The position numbers and the translations under genes were made by a program. A stretch of 63,298 nucleotides of DNA, the filler included, from Reticulomyxa filosa (taxonomy: Eukaryota; Protista; Foraminifera), in assembly GCA_000512085.1 (NCBI GenBank). It is 19 parts of 19 records of this genome, joined end to end, with 100 filler letters (N's around TTAATTAATTAA, not from the genome) between each part and the next. Parts side by side here need not be neighbours in the genome. Positions count along the whole stretch, not along the records: positions 46,382 to 53,216 come from ASPP01005667.1; positions 53,317 to 54,555 come from ASPP01025258.1; positions 54,656 to 57,450 come from ASPP01001472.1; positions 57,551 to 59,012 come from ASPP01022319.1; positions 59,113 to 62,105 come from ASPP01039240.1; positions 62,206 to 63,298 come from ASPP01028892.1; 13 more parts are not named here. One strand, given 5' to 3'. Under the pieces are notes generated by a model that had not been told where the DNA came from, ran no database searches, and saw nothing but the letters and a program-made list of their open reading frames with translations. Position 1 is the stretch's first letter. Every line of letters begins with the position of its first letter. Positions 51,295-63,298 of the stretch are shown one piece after another.

Positions 51295-52611
51295 TCAATC
51301 ACATTTGTTTATTTCTGGATTCCACACAGTGTATCCAAAAGCTTGGGTATGTGGTTTTAACGAATCCCACCATTTACAAATAACATCTGGCGAAAATAAA
51401 TTATAAGCAAAATGCTTAGTAATAAAAACAGAAGTATTGTCAGTGTTATTGTACATTGTTCTATGTATTGCTTTTAGTCTTATGTCTTGATCATGAAATA
51501 GTTGTATACATTGAAAAGTATGAAACGTGTGAAGCACAAACGCTTTTGAGTGATAAATGGACAAGTGTGATTCTGTGAATAAAAAAGTTGAGATATCAAA
51601 AAATATTTTCAATTGAAATTTGGGATCAAATAAATGCTCAAATTTGACAAACATAAAACGGTCTTTGTCAGTACCATACATATCATACAATTGCTTAATC
51701 GATCTGTAAAACAGTAGTTGATGGCGTATAATTCGGTTTTCCAAAATCTCTTCAAAGCGTTGCTTGAATAAAGTAATGTTTGAATTATACCATTCCAGCG
51801 AAATCCATTCAGTGTGTCCAGCACCATAAGATTTATATCTAAAATTTGGATGTCTGTCTTTTTCTTGTAGTTCATGTGCAATCAATTGATAAGCTGAAAA
51901 CATTGAATCCCAGGGATTTCGGATTAATACAATTGCACTTATTCTGTTCAATGATGGCACATCATTGTATATATATTTATAATAAGGGATATCGTACAGC
52001 GAAATATTTGTATCAGCATTTTCAATTATACTGATCGAATCAAAGATAATTTTGCCGCTTTCTTTATGTCGATATGGTACGTATTTACCGTAAATGATCT
52101 TGTCCCATATTGTTAAACAATGAATCGGATGCATTTTTATTATCAAAACGCTTGAATTCACAAGTCCTTCACCTTCAAATTTTCCTTGCTTTTTTAATAT
52201 TTTGTCGTTTGTATATATGCTTCCTGTATAATATCCATATATATATTCTAGTAATAATCGGGTTATTGAATTACCGGATCCTGCAAATGATAGTAAGTAT
52301 GGCGTTACCTTTTTTTTAAATCTTCCATTGTCTTTCATTTTCTCTTCCCATTTTATTAGTTTTGTGTCGTTTCTTATCTTTTCACATCTCGCCCTCTTTT
52401 CTTCTTCTTTTTCTATCCTTGATTTTTCGTTTGCTTCTTTTATCCATGCTGTCCATTTCTTTTCATATTCATTTTCATATTTATTATCATATAATTGCAC
52501 TTCTCTGGTTCTTTCTTCCCATACATCCACTACTGTTACCCAATACAACACTATCATGCCAATCAACAGCAACAGAATCCTTGTACGTGATGCCCATGTC
52601 AACACTGCCAT
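51295..52611 (-). CDS. Type II membrane sulfotransferase, WSCD1/2-like catalytic domain, intronless
   Basis: N-terminal TM anchor; 5'-PSB-like LLSFAGSGNSITRLLLE...YTGSIY; IKMHP; 3'-PB-like VLIRNPWDSMFS. Confidence 0.85.
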   Translation of the reverse strand: MAVLTWASRTRILLLLIGMIVLYWVTVVDVWEERTREVQLYDNKYENEYEKKWTAWIKEANEKSRIEKEEEKRARCEKIRNDTKLIKWEEKMKDNGRFKKKVTPYLLSFAGSGNSITRLLLEYIYGYYTGSIYTNDKILKKQGKFEGEGLVNSSVLIIKMHPIHCLTIWDKIIYGKYVPYRHKESGKIIFDSISIIENADTNISLYDIPYYKYIYNDVPSLNRISAIVLIRNPWDSMFSAYQLIAHELQEKDRHPNFRYKSYGAGHTEWISLEWYNSNITLFKQRFEEILENRIIRHQLLFYRSIKQLYDMYGTDKDRFMFVKFEHLFDPKFQLKIFFDISTFLFTESHLSIYHSKAFVLHTFHTFQCIQLFHDQDIRLKAIHRTMYNNTDNTSVFITKHFAYNLFSPDVICKWWDSLKPHTQAFGYTVWNPEINKCD

Positions 52612-52819
52612 CTTTACTCAGCCAAAAACAACGCTGTGAGATATTGGAAAAAACTAAAAACTCCAGGCTTTTGTTGGTTACAACTTTGAAACTCTGTCGT
52701 TAAACTGAAAAACTTTTCAACTTTTTTTTTGTGACACGCTTTTGAAAGTGGGATATCTGTCTTGCACTGTAATATTTTGTATTAAAAAAGTTCCTTTTTT
52801 TTTTTTTTTGGGATTGGAA

Positions 52820-53127
52820 ATGTTTCGCAGTTGCTGTCTCTTGCCTGGAGAAATTTTGGGTGAAAACATCCCCAAAGAAAAGTTGTATCGTCGCTATTTT
52901 CGCTTTTACTTGTTAATGCATGGATTATGTCTACTTATCCAATTGCTTGAGTTTTTGTTTGTGCTGGGCGAGTGGTATGCACTAGTGTATTTTTTGCTGT
53001 TTGCATTTATGGCTGTGGACGTATGTGGTTTGGTATTTATTGAATTCAAGAGTGATCCAGGGCCATCAAAAAAGTGTATTACATTAACTTTCGCTACGTC
53101 GACCATTACACTGTTGCTTTACATAGG
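52820..53127 (+). CDS. 5' exon of a multi-pass membrane protein
   Basis: ATG at 52820, about three hydrophobic segments, splice donor at about 53128. Confidence 0.5.
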
Positions 53128-53454
53128 TTGAAAATGAGGTAGAAGAAAGTAGGGAGGGAGTGGTATATTGTGAAAGAAGAAGCATATTGAAACAAAGCAT
53201 TTTTTTTTTTTTTTTTNNNNNNNNNNNNNNNNNNNNNNNNNNNNNNNNNNNNNNNNNNNNTTAATTAATTAANNNNNNNNNNNNNNNNNNNNNNNNNNNN
53301 NNNNNNNNNNNNNNNNTATACATATACATATATGTACATATATATATATATATATATATTGTATATATATGTCTATGATATATGTATATAACATCCCACC
53401 ACTTCTCTTTACTTGTCAATTGTTACGTATACCTTGTTTCCAACACCAAATAAA

Positions 53455-54472
53455 GCAGGGCACGTCCACAACTCAACCTGTACTTGTAAACACAAGCAAA
53501 GTGGGCAACAACTCGCCCCATGGAATATTGAATATGCCGCCGTTGCACCAACAGCCGGTCGTTACAACCGCATTTCAAAAGACGTCTAACCCTCCTACCA
53601 CGCAGCAGCCTAAGCGTAGCTACACTCAAGAGCAGCAGGTTTCAATCATAACGAGACAAGAGAATGAGAAACTGTCTCTCTTTATTTATTTATTTATTGT
53701 TTCTGTTTCCTTTTGTGCACTCCTTTGGTTGTGCATTTCTTGCAAACATTCAAATATATACATATATATATATATTTATTTATTTATTTATTTTTTAGAA
53801 ACTCGGTGATCAATTATATCAATGCATCAAGCTGAAATATCCTCAGTACGTTGCCAAATTGACGGGAATGATTCTGACAATGAACGAGGATCAAATCCGA
53901 AGTTTGTTAAAGAATCCTTCGGAATTGGACAATCAATGTGAAAAATTGGTTCAACTTTTGAAAACCAAACAAGTTATTATAATACATATATATGTATATA
54001 TAAATGTATTATAATATTCCAATGCAATTGGATTTTTTTTTAATACATGTATTTGTGTAGAATCAGAATGTGTCTACCGGTACACCCGAACCCAAGAATT
54101 ACAACACGGTATCCACTTCGAACAATACATCCACGCTCAACTCTACTACGATACCATCAACAGGTTTGTCATTAAACTAATTCAAATATGTGTTATGATA
54201 TATTATATATAAATAATGTTATTGTTGCACAAATTTTTTTTTTTTTAAAGTGGGGGGTGGGGGGGGTGAATGAAATATATAGGGACTAACTTAGTTACCA
54301 TTGATCCCAATTTGGTAACGACATATACACAAAATCTTGGTGTTATTCCAAACCTTCAACCTGTTTGCACTATGCAATTGAATCCAAATGTTGGGGTCGT
54401 GAATAATTATTCCTTTGCTGTCAATCCTAACGTGGTCACCGATCCAACTGTTACCTCTGTTTTGCCAAATTG
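53455..54472 (+). CDS. MLLE/PABC-domain protein fragment (multi-exon)
   Basis: Exon 53799-53972: (QEQQ|)KLGDQLYQCIKLKYPQYVAKLTGMILTMNEDQIRSLLKNPSELDNQCEKLVQLL, matching the PABC consensus. Confidence 0.75.
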
Positions 54473-54655
54473 ATTTTATTCCCAGAGTATCCTCGCGCCA
54501 ATCAAACAGACATAATTTTTTTTTTTTTTTCTTTCCTCTGCCTCCTCATTTATATNNNNNNNNNNNNNNNNNNNNNNNNNNNNNNNNNNNNNNNNNNNNT
54601 TAATTAATTAANNNNNNNNNNNNNNNNNNNNNNNNNNNNNNNNNNNNNNNNNNNN

Positions 54656-55250
54656 TCACAACATTTTTCATGCATTTACTCAATAATGACCCGATACCCT
54701 TTTGTAGTTAACTAAATGATCAAAAATCCATCGTTGTTATGTAGTATTTCATTTCTTCGCATTGCAAGTTTGTACGACAAGCGTCAATAATAAATATTTT
54801 TTGGAAGATCTTTAAATCCTCCATTTTATAGCAATTAAATGACATACGCATTTCGTCAATTGACACAAAATTTTTCATCACTTGCCACCGACATATTTCC
54901 ATTTTCTCCATGTCCACAAATAATGATAGTTATTCCATCATATTTACTAGTGCTTTTGCCAAGTTTGAAATTAAATTTCACTGTCATTTTTGGAGATGGA
55001 TTGCATACCATTTAATAATTCAATCCTTGTTCAAACAATTGCTTGAAATTCTTAATATACTTTTCTTTCACATTTTTGTCATCATATTCACTTATATCGA
55101 TTAGTATTATCAATGCATTTTATTCAATTCAATAATATTATTCATCATATCAATCAATTGCAATTTTAAGTTTTCCAAACAATGGTAAGTTTGGCGAAGA
55201 AGTTCTCCAAATGACAATTTCTTCATGTTATAACTTTTTTCTATTACCAC
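54656..55250 (-). pseudogene. Caspase-like (peptidase C14, DACRG-type) pseudogene
   Basis: NALIILIDISEYDD..KNFKQLFEQGLNY, IIICGHG (catalytic His) and KIFIIDACRT (catalytic Cys) lie in different frames. Confidence 0.7.
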
Positions 55251-57590
55251 TATTTTATATTTGTTATCGTAATTTGGAGAAAAAACAATTGTTAAAGATT
55301 ATATATTATTAATTAACTTCATCTCTTTATTTTTTGATTAGTTTTAATAAATTCAAGGTAAGAATCAATGAAAAAACGAATAGAATCATTCATTTAATAA
55401 TCATACACTAAATTGTTCATTTAACATTGTTTTAAATTTTTGAATGATCTATATTTTATCCTTTTGTACTCTTTCATTCCACCATTTCATCCATCTTTTG
55501 TCTTTTACTATTTTTATTTTTTTGTTTAACAAATAATAAACACCACAAGTTTGTGGCGACGCCCACTCATTTAATTACCTATAATGAAAAAAAATGTTCA
55601 CTTTGACAATTTCCTTTTTAAAAAATTATTAATTCTAAAATTATTTTATTAAGTTAATATAATTTCCTAAATCAATTTTGATAACTTAATTGCAAAATCA
55701 TATTTAGTGAAGACACCAATTTATTGATTTTAAAAGACAGAACGGTGACAGCTTATTTGAATTATTTTTATAGTTATCATTGCAAAAGTTTAATTCAAAA
55801 AGAAACAATGAGAAAGAATCACTTGGTATGAGGAAAATAAATAATTTGTGAATTTATTGTCAGTCATGATATTATTCTTTTTTCAAAATCCGAATTTCTC
55901 CAAAATGGATTTTCTTTTTTTAATTCTTCTATATCATTTGTAGAAGAGTTTAATGGCCAACCATCTATTACTTAACATTAAATTCTGCAAAAAATTGAGT
56001 TTTCTCAAAAACTATGCAAGTTAAATCGGGAAAAATTTTCCCAGCTTTTGCGTTTTTTTATAAAAATAATGCAATATGTGATTGCAGGTCCATTGCTTGC
56101 ATAACGAAATTTTACAATCATAAAACTGAAAGAAATAATTGTTAATTGGAAACATTATACTTTCATTGAAGACAAAAAGTATGATCCAATAATTGAAGTG
56201 CAAATGGATCGTAAATAAGTGTAAATAACAATCAAATTGTGATAATGCAATATATTGTGAAATATTTTAATGATGCTAGTATTGCAAAAATATATATTGA
56301 AGAGGTTTTATTAGTTGGTATTTTGTTTCTTTCCTAAACACCAAGCAACATAACAAGCAATATTATGCTATAGCAAAGGTTTAAATGGCCCTCAGGAACA
56401 TGGAAATCCTATATTATTGGGCAAAAAATTTTCTCTTTGTATATGTGCTCTAAACCGTGGTATGTGTTCAAAGCGACCGGCTCACTTGTACTTGCAAATA
56501 TTTGCATTCATAATAGCTGTGGTTATAATTCACTATCGTCAGCGCAAGTACGGTAGTTTGTCTTCAGTAGACCAGTTGTGGAGTACATCCTTCCTGATAG
56601 GTTAAATTAAGTTTACACATTCTATCGTTATTAAACATATTTTGTCGTTCAAGTGCAAAACTTGTAAAAAGTTGCAAAAGATTCTTGATAATAATATTTG
56701 GCAAATGATAATTTTTTGCAGGGTGTCTATGAAAAAACAATTTTTGACATAACAATAAATAATAATAGAAAGAAAATAAATGAAATGAAATAAAGTAGAA
56801 GTACAATAATTGTAATAATTAATTCATTTCTTTTTTATTATCTCGTTTTTCATGTGTATCAAACATACCCAAATATTTATTTCCCTCATTGTAATTACTT
56901 AAATTCTTTGAATCTTTAATTTTTTTTTAAGTTGTTCATTCAATAATATAATTTCCATTTGATAATATCTTTTATTTTTTTTTCTTTCTAAATTAATAAA
57001 TACAAATTTTGATTGCATTATAATTTTTATTCATTTATATTATTATTCAAAGCATCTATATCTTTCATCATCAATGCATGTTTATGTTTAATAAAAACAA
57101 TATCACGATTTGAATTTGCTTGATTCAAACATTATGTTTTATTGTTTAGATTATAAAAATAATAAAGCTTAAAAATATTTTTAAAAAAATGCAAAACAAT
57201 TTACATCAACATCAATATTTGTTGAAAACATTATTTAATTAATATTCTATTGTGCTTTAAAAAAGAATCCGATAAAGATTTATAGTTTCCACATTCGATT
57301 TCTTGTACTATTGCAGTTGTAGGGCAAAGCTCACTGAAGACCCATTTTATCTCAACCTAACTACTTTCACTCTTTAGCCAGTCTTTTTGTTTACTATTGT
57401 TTGTCATTTATATTCTTTTTTGATTTAATTATTCTTTTTTTGAAATAAATNNNNNNNNNNNNNNNNNNNNNNNNNNNNNNNNNNNNNNNNNNNNTTAATT
57501 AATTAANNNNNNNNNNNNNNNNNNNNNNNNNNNNNNNNNNNNNNNNNNNNAAAAAAAAAATAAAAAAAAAAATAAAAAAAAAAAAAAAAG

Positions 57591-58211
57591 TTAACTGCTT
57601 GTCAAAGTAGTTTGCGTTACAATACTGGGGGAAATAGAAACGGGTGAAAAGTATGTCGACAACAAAATGCCATTGATGCTGTTTGCTGAATAACCTCGTG
57701 AAATTTCGCTGTTGTCAGTGAAGGTACACATAGATGGCAGTCCACTGGTCAGAATTGGTAGAACATTCGTATTCGGGCTCACCAGTGGAGAGGCTGTGTC
57801 CCTACAGGTACGTATACTCGATGTCATTGAGTGGGCCAGGTCGTACCGATAATGGCTGCTGTAACTTGCACTTGGATATACGCTACTCCCAAATGTTAAA
57901 GCACCTCTGCTTACATCCGTTGCTGTTGTTGGCATTACAGACGCAGGCGGCATCATCGTGGGATTTGAAACCAATGGATAGGCTTGAGATGACAACGATG
58001 GCAGTGCTTGAAACAGGCAATTAGGAGGAATTGAAAAAGTTCCGCCCTGCATTTGTGATTGCATCGCACTTACATCATTTCCCACGTGCTGGAATTGATT
58101 GTTGATCACTACTTGTTGATGGAGTGCAGTTGTTATGGCATTGGCAATATCTATCCAAAGTGGCAACAGAACAACAACTAGAACTGTAATACAACATTTG
58201 TGTGAATGCAA
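57591..58211 (-). CDS. Ser/Thr/Pro-rich hypothetical protein exon
   Basis: 206-aa ORF with raised GC content; no recognisable domain. Confidence 0.4.
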   Translation of the reverse strand: MHSHKCCITVLVVVLLPLWIDIANAITTALHQQVVINNQFQHVGNDVSAMQSQMQGGTFSIPPNCLFQALPSLSSQAYPLVSNPTMMPPASVMPTTATDVSRGALTFGSSVYPSASYSSHYRYDLAHSMTSSIRTCRDTASPLVSPNTNVLPILTSGLPSMCTFTDNSEISRGYSANSINGILLSTYFSPVSISPSIVTQTTLTSS

Positions 58212-59112
58212 TTTTTTTTTGAAGAGGTATCTTAACTTGGATGAAAGGTTTGCATTCTTCTATTTCCAGGAAAATTTAAAAGGCAGGTTTATTCAGCAAT
58301 GAAGCGGAGCAAACTTTCCAAAAAAAACTCCCTCGACAAAAACTGAGCGTTTTACAAACACCAAAGTTCTTTTCAGTCAGCTTATGTTTGAAGATTTAAA
58401 ACGTGTGAATTTAATGTTTAAGTAACTTTGTTCAGGGGACAGCAACTGTTTCTGACAAGCCAGTTGTGGTTTCTAAGCTAAACAATTTTGCATTGTAACT
58501 GTCTTTCTTGTCCTTTCACGATTAACACAAAAAAAAAAGAAAAAGACAGCAGAACGCTGTTTTACCCCCAACTATTAACTTTTTTTCCCAATATCATTTG
58601 CCGAACATTTTTAGTGGATAATTGTCAACTCTTCGTGAAGTGACTTTTTTGATATCAATTTACAGTAGTGAGATTCCAACAGACTTTGCTAAAAAAAATA
58701 ATAAAGTAAAAAATAAACCGAGTCAAACTTATCAACAATTGCACATTTTTGGCTTTGGCAAAAGCAAACAAGGATCCTTGATTCTGTTGAAGTAGCACAA
58801 TTTGTGCAGAAGCAAGGGCTATCATGTTAAACGACCGAACACGGCGAAGTGTCGAAGAGATCACGAAAAGGAGGATCGAACAAAGCCTTGTCGATTTTCA
58901 TTCTCAATTGCAATACTCGAACTTTAATGTGAACGTCTTTGTTTTGTTTTTTCTTTTCTCTCTCTTAAATCATTTTTTCAGCCCTTGTGACGACACCTTC
59001 TTTTTTTTTTTTNNNNNNNNNNNNNNNNNNNNNNNNNNNNNNNNNNNNNNNNNNNNTTAATTAATTAANNNNNNNNNNNNNNNNNNNNNNNNNNNNNNNN
59101 NNNNNNNNNNNN

Positions 59113-59850
59113 TATCAAACAATATTTCATCTATGAAATAAATAAACTAGAAATGTTCTTGAATAGATAGCCTTTCTTGTATTTCGATACAATAACTTTT
59201 TCATGAATAAATAATAATAATTCATATCCTTTGTAGTCAATCAATAGCCAAAAATCTTTCATTATTGTTACATAAAGTTTTATTTCCTAGTGCTATAATT
59301 CCATATGACTTTGGATATTTTCATCTTGATAAGGATCAATGATAAGGACTTTAGGAAAATCTTTAAAAGATTCTATTTTATCACAATCAAATAATATACA
59401 ATCCATCAATTGATACATGTTTTCAATATATTGTTCCACAAATAATTATATTTATAGGTGTCTTTACGAAGTTTATTGGCTGTCAAAATAAACTTCAATA
59501 ATTTTAAATGTGGTATTTTGAAACATTTTCTCGAATTGAATATTTGAAACAGATTAAGTATTACATCAAAAACTTAACTGATACAATATCAGTACATATA
59601 GTTGATGGCATTAAAAAGTGTTATTTATAATCTTCATCTCTTCCAAAGCGAAGTAGATAATTGTGATTACCTGGAATTTATTAATTGTATTTTTTTTTAA
59701 ATTGTTTGATTTATCATTCATTGTTATTACTACATATTTCATTACTAATGTATGTTTATATTCTTCATCAAAAGACAATAAAGTAATTAATTTTTATCTT
59801 TGATGCTGTTATTACTTACAGTTTCTCTACACAGTGTCCTTCTAGGTAAA
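59113..59850 (-). pseudogene. Highly degraded Kelch-like plus caspase-like relic
   Basis: Remnants LEGHCV and KYSIREN (Kelch family) and LKDFPKVLIID...ENIQSH (caspase-like family). Confidence 0.4.
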
Positions 59851-60390
59851 CACAAACAGATAAAATTGTATCATTTGTGAGTTATGACAAAAATGGTATT
59901 TTTATCAACATCTTTACAATGACGATTTCGTGTTTGTGTAGAGAAAGTTTTCTTTCAGAAGGTTTTTATGTTTTGTTTTGACTGCACATGTTGTCAATGT
60001 TGCTAATGATTTCAAAAAAAAATGCACTGAGTTTTACATCATGTCTTGTACCTGTTTTTGCGATAGGAAATAACCGTCTTCTTTTTTTCTTTAATGAAAA
60101 TAAAAGAGAGAAAACAACAATATTAATTTTAAAAAAACGCTCATTTCCAATGAAAAGGTCAAGTAAAACGGCTCAATTACGCACGGTTCTGCGATCCCCT
60201 TCGCATACGACAAAAGTGGAAAAAGTACAATAAAAAAAAGTGTATTAATTTTTTTATTAGTAGTATTTATAGACGCATTTTGCGATCATAATCAGATTTT
60301 TTCCATAAACTAAGCCCCTTTAAAGAGTCAAAGGGGGCTGAACAACCATCACTCCTTTTTTTTTAAAAATACTTTGTGGAAACAGGGAAG

Positions 60391-62105
60391 ATGGAACAAC
60401 TTCAAAAATCCTTTCCACAAATTCAACCGAACATCATCCAAAAGATTTGGAAATTGTGCAATCAAAGTCCTGACGAAACACATGCGGTTTTACGATTTAT
60501 AAAAAAAAAAAAGTTAAAAAAAAACATTAGAGACAAATAAAAAGGATAAATTTCTTCAAAATAATTTTCTTTTTTAAACACAGATTAAGGGATTATGAAC
60601 AAGACTCTTTGTTAACATTACTAGAACCGTTTTTAAATCAGCTTGGTATAGAAACGATTTTTAAAAAATGGAAAAGCGGGTCAATATATAAGGTTTATGT
60701 CACATTGCAACGGATTTGCTCTATTCATAACCTTCCTGAGTTACGATTTTTTTTTATTACAATAAATAAGGGCATGTAATTAAGTAAATGTTTTTTTAAA
60801 AAAATAGAAGTGAGTTGAAAATATTAAGAGAATTGTGCTTACATATATTGTGGAACTTGTTGAAGAATTCCCAAAAAATAAAATACCGCCAAATCAGTAA
60901 GAATAAATTGTACAAGAACTTAGAGAGTAAATGTAATCGGATAAATGCAGACATAGATAAGCTCTCGAAAAATATGGACTATTTATTAAAGGAATTTGGA
61001 TTTGAAAAAGAAAAAGATGAAAATTGGTATTATCGAAAAGATATTCAATCTACATTATTGTTGTTGTGGGATTATTATTGCGAATGGATTAACACACAAC
61101 CTTTGTATAACTTGTTAAGGTCTATTTTTAAATATGTAAATAAATAAAATTAAAACTTTGCTTGATTTAAATAGAAATAAGATAAAATTATCAATATCAA
61201 AAACGATATATATATTGAAGGATGAAAAATGGATAAATTATGAAATTGTATTTGATTACAGCCATCGACAAATTGTGTTATTTGAAAATGATAAATTAAA
61301 CATACAATCATTACAAGTTGGAAATCCAAAGACATTGTCATCAGAATTTAATGTTGTTATTCAATGGTATAATAGTCTTGATTATAGCAATATTGCACAA
61401 ACTAAATGGCCTTGTCTTATCCTCAATCACACGTGGTATTTTCGTATGGTTGATGATATTGAAAGAAATTATTTTTCCAACCTTTTCTCTGTTAATTACA
61501 AACAAAACATTTCTTTTTTAAAATTAGACAAATTTCAAATATTTCACAATATATATGTATATACATATATACATACATAGGAATTTAACTCTTTTCATGT
61601 TATATGGAAAGACAGATATTTTCAAATACATAAAGAATCTTTAAATCCTTATTCAATGACATTAAAACAAGGATTGGAACATTTGAAAAAAAAAATTAAA
61701 ATGCAAGAACATTTCAAATATGGAACGGATGAATTGATATATTTTGAAGCTGATTTTGAAAAGTTTCAACCACCACTTGCAGAAAATATCAATGAAGATC
61801 TATTATTATGTGATGTTTACAAACATCTTCCTCATTATCCAATTATTCAAGTGTATTGGGAGATAAAAGGATATTTTATGGTACCTTACAAACATACCAT
61901 TGATATAAAAACAAACAATTTACCAAAAAGTGTTGGCCCAGATCTTAAATTTATTTCATTTGATCGACAATTTACATTTTTTCCATTATTATATAAACGT
62001 GATTTGAACAAACTTAAAAATATTCAAAATATATTGGATTCCAAGAAAAAGATAAATTATAAATTACAAAGACTATTTCATGAAGTGACAAAGAATGGTT
62101 ATTTG
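60391..62105 (+). CDS. PUB-domain protein with an N-terminal CUE/UBA-like helical segment (multi-exon, 3'-truncated)
   Basis: LRELCLHILWNLLKNSQKIKYRQISK...LLKEFGFEK matches PUB. N-terminus is MEQLQKSFPQIQPNIIQKIWKLCNQSPDETHAVL. Confidence 0.65.
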
Positions 62106-62817
62106 NNNNNNNNNNNNNNNNNNNNNNNNNNNNNNNNNNNNNNNNNNNNTTAATTAATTAANNNNNNNNNNNNNNNNNNNNNNNNNNNNNNNNNNNNNNN
62201 NNNNNTAAAAAGATTCCGTTTCTCTAATTGTTCAAACCTACAAATTGTGTTAAACTACTCTTCCCAAAGGAACAAGTAGTCCATGGACCATTACTACGCA
62301 AATTCGCCAATTTTTTTTAAAAAACAAACGTGGCACCACCTTTTTTAGAAATGCATTTTTAAAATTTTTGTGGCATATTTTAAATGCGGATTGAATTTAT
62401 CGTGACACATGACCGTATGGACCTGACCAGCATTCTTGCTCCCGTTTTTTGAATGTCCTTCTACAAGTTAGCCACAATATAAAGAATGCGTTAATGTTAT
62501 CACTTTTCAAAGTAATTGTTTTCAATTGATTGTTATTTGTTCCTACAAACATAAACATTCGTTTCCTTCAAAAATGAACTGATTTAGTATGCCTAGGAGA
62601 GTTTTAGGGGAAAAAAAGAAACAAGTTGCAAATTTTTTAAGAACACAAAAACAGGGCAATAAAAAAAATAAACAAAAAATAATTACTTTTTTTTGCCTGC
62701 TCCTTAGAGATTGATTATAATTTGTTCAAGCCAAACACACCACCCAACTTAAAAGAAAAAAAGGAGACAATAGAAACAACGCAAGAGCGCAAATTAGTTA
62801 TGTTTTGGAGATGCTAT

Positions 62818-63253
62818 TCACAAAAATCTTTGTTTCAAATTGTGCTCCCGGAATTGTTTGAGGAAATCATCCTTACTAACTTTTCCATTGGTGCTGGCAT
62901 CCAAAAAGGTTTGAATTGCCTGTACACAAAAAAAACCAAGCCGATTACAAAATAGTGAAAAAAAAGCGTATTGAGGTGTAGTTTTTTTTTAAAAAAAAAG
63001 ACTACAAAACATGTCTTTCAGAGTTCGACAAGGAACGTCCGGCTTGAGCAGCCAAAGTGACAATAGCAGTCGACGCAATGAAGCCAGTCTTGGCGGTATC
63101 TAATTCATCAAATTTAGCGCTGAAAAGTTTTTCGCGTGTGTCTCCTTCGGTACCTGCAGCCACGAAAACAAAGATTCGTTGATATTTTTGAGCTGCGCTG
63201 CGGCTGACCACAAACATGATTGGGACCATAGCCACAAAATAAAAGCCTGTATC

Positions 63254-63256
<3 letters not shown>
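62818..63256 (-). CDS. 3' end of a membrane protein with two degenerate EF-hands
   Basis: TM segment, then KFDELDTAKTGFIASTAI; after an intron (about 63010-62920), AIQTFLDASTNGKVSKDDFLKQF...RFL*. Confidence 0.65.
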
Positions 63257-63285
<29 letters not shown>

Positions 63286-63298
63286 AAAAAAAATTTTT

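Noticed and set aside
35979-62105. Apparent cluster of ubiquitin/p97 genes (Ufd2, UIM-like, A20/AN1, PUB)
   Set aside because: They lie mostly on different concatenated contigs, so adjacency is artificial
1-63298. CRISPR arrays, rRNA, tRNA or prokaryotic operons
   Set aside because: No repeat-spacer arrays or structured RNA signatures were seen, and the genes carry spliceosomal introns

Overview
This window is not continuous DNA. It is about 19 short, unlinked contigs of an AT-rich, intron-containing eukaryotic genome, joined by 18 artificial 100-bp spacers (N44-TTAATTAATTAA-N44). The short GT-AG introns packed with (TA)n and poly-A/T, the expanded WD40, Kelch-like, DACRG caspase-like and PUB gene families, and the many pseudogenes strongly resemble the foraminiferan Reticulomyxa filosa (Rhizaria). 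That assignment is an inference, not a search result. Recognisable genes: a RanBP2 zinc finger fused to a Zn-dependent threonine dehydrogenase-like domain; a multi-core annexin with a C-terminal EF-hand; an AMPK gamma-like CBS protein; three WD40 genes; two PX-domain genes; a voltage-gated Ca/Na channel fragment; a MocD-like desaturase; a gamma-tubulin complex component; Ufd2/UBE4-like; TRM11; an A20/AN1 zinc-finger protein; an SDR; a WSCD-like sulfotransferase; an MLLE/PABC protein; a PUB-domain protein; and an EF-hand membrane protein. Relics include a Tc1-like DD34E transposase and Kelch, caspase-like, Der GTPase, ARPC3 and mosaic pseudogenes. Several otherwise good genes have single-base frameshifts at A-runs, probably sequencing errors. 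The most interesting signals are an identically sized 99-nt phase-0 cassette exon carrying a conserved W-x9-W helical motif in front of two divergent WD40 propellers, the annexin-EF-hand architecture, and the ZnF-TDH fusion. All identifications are from motif recognition by eye; no searches were run.
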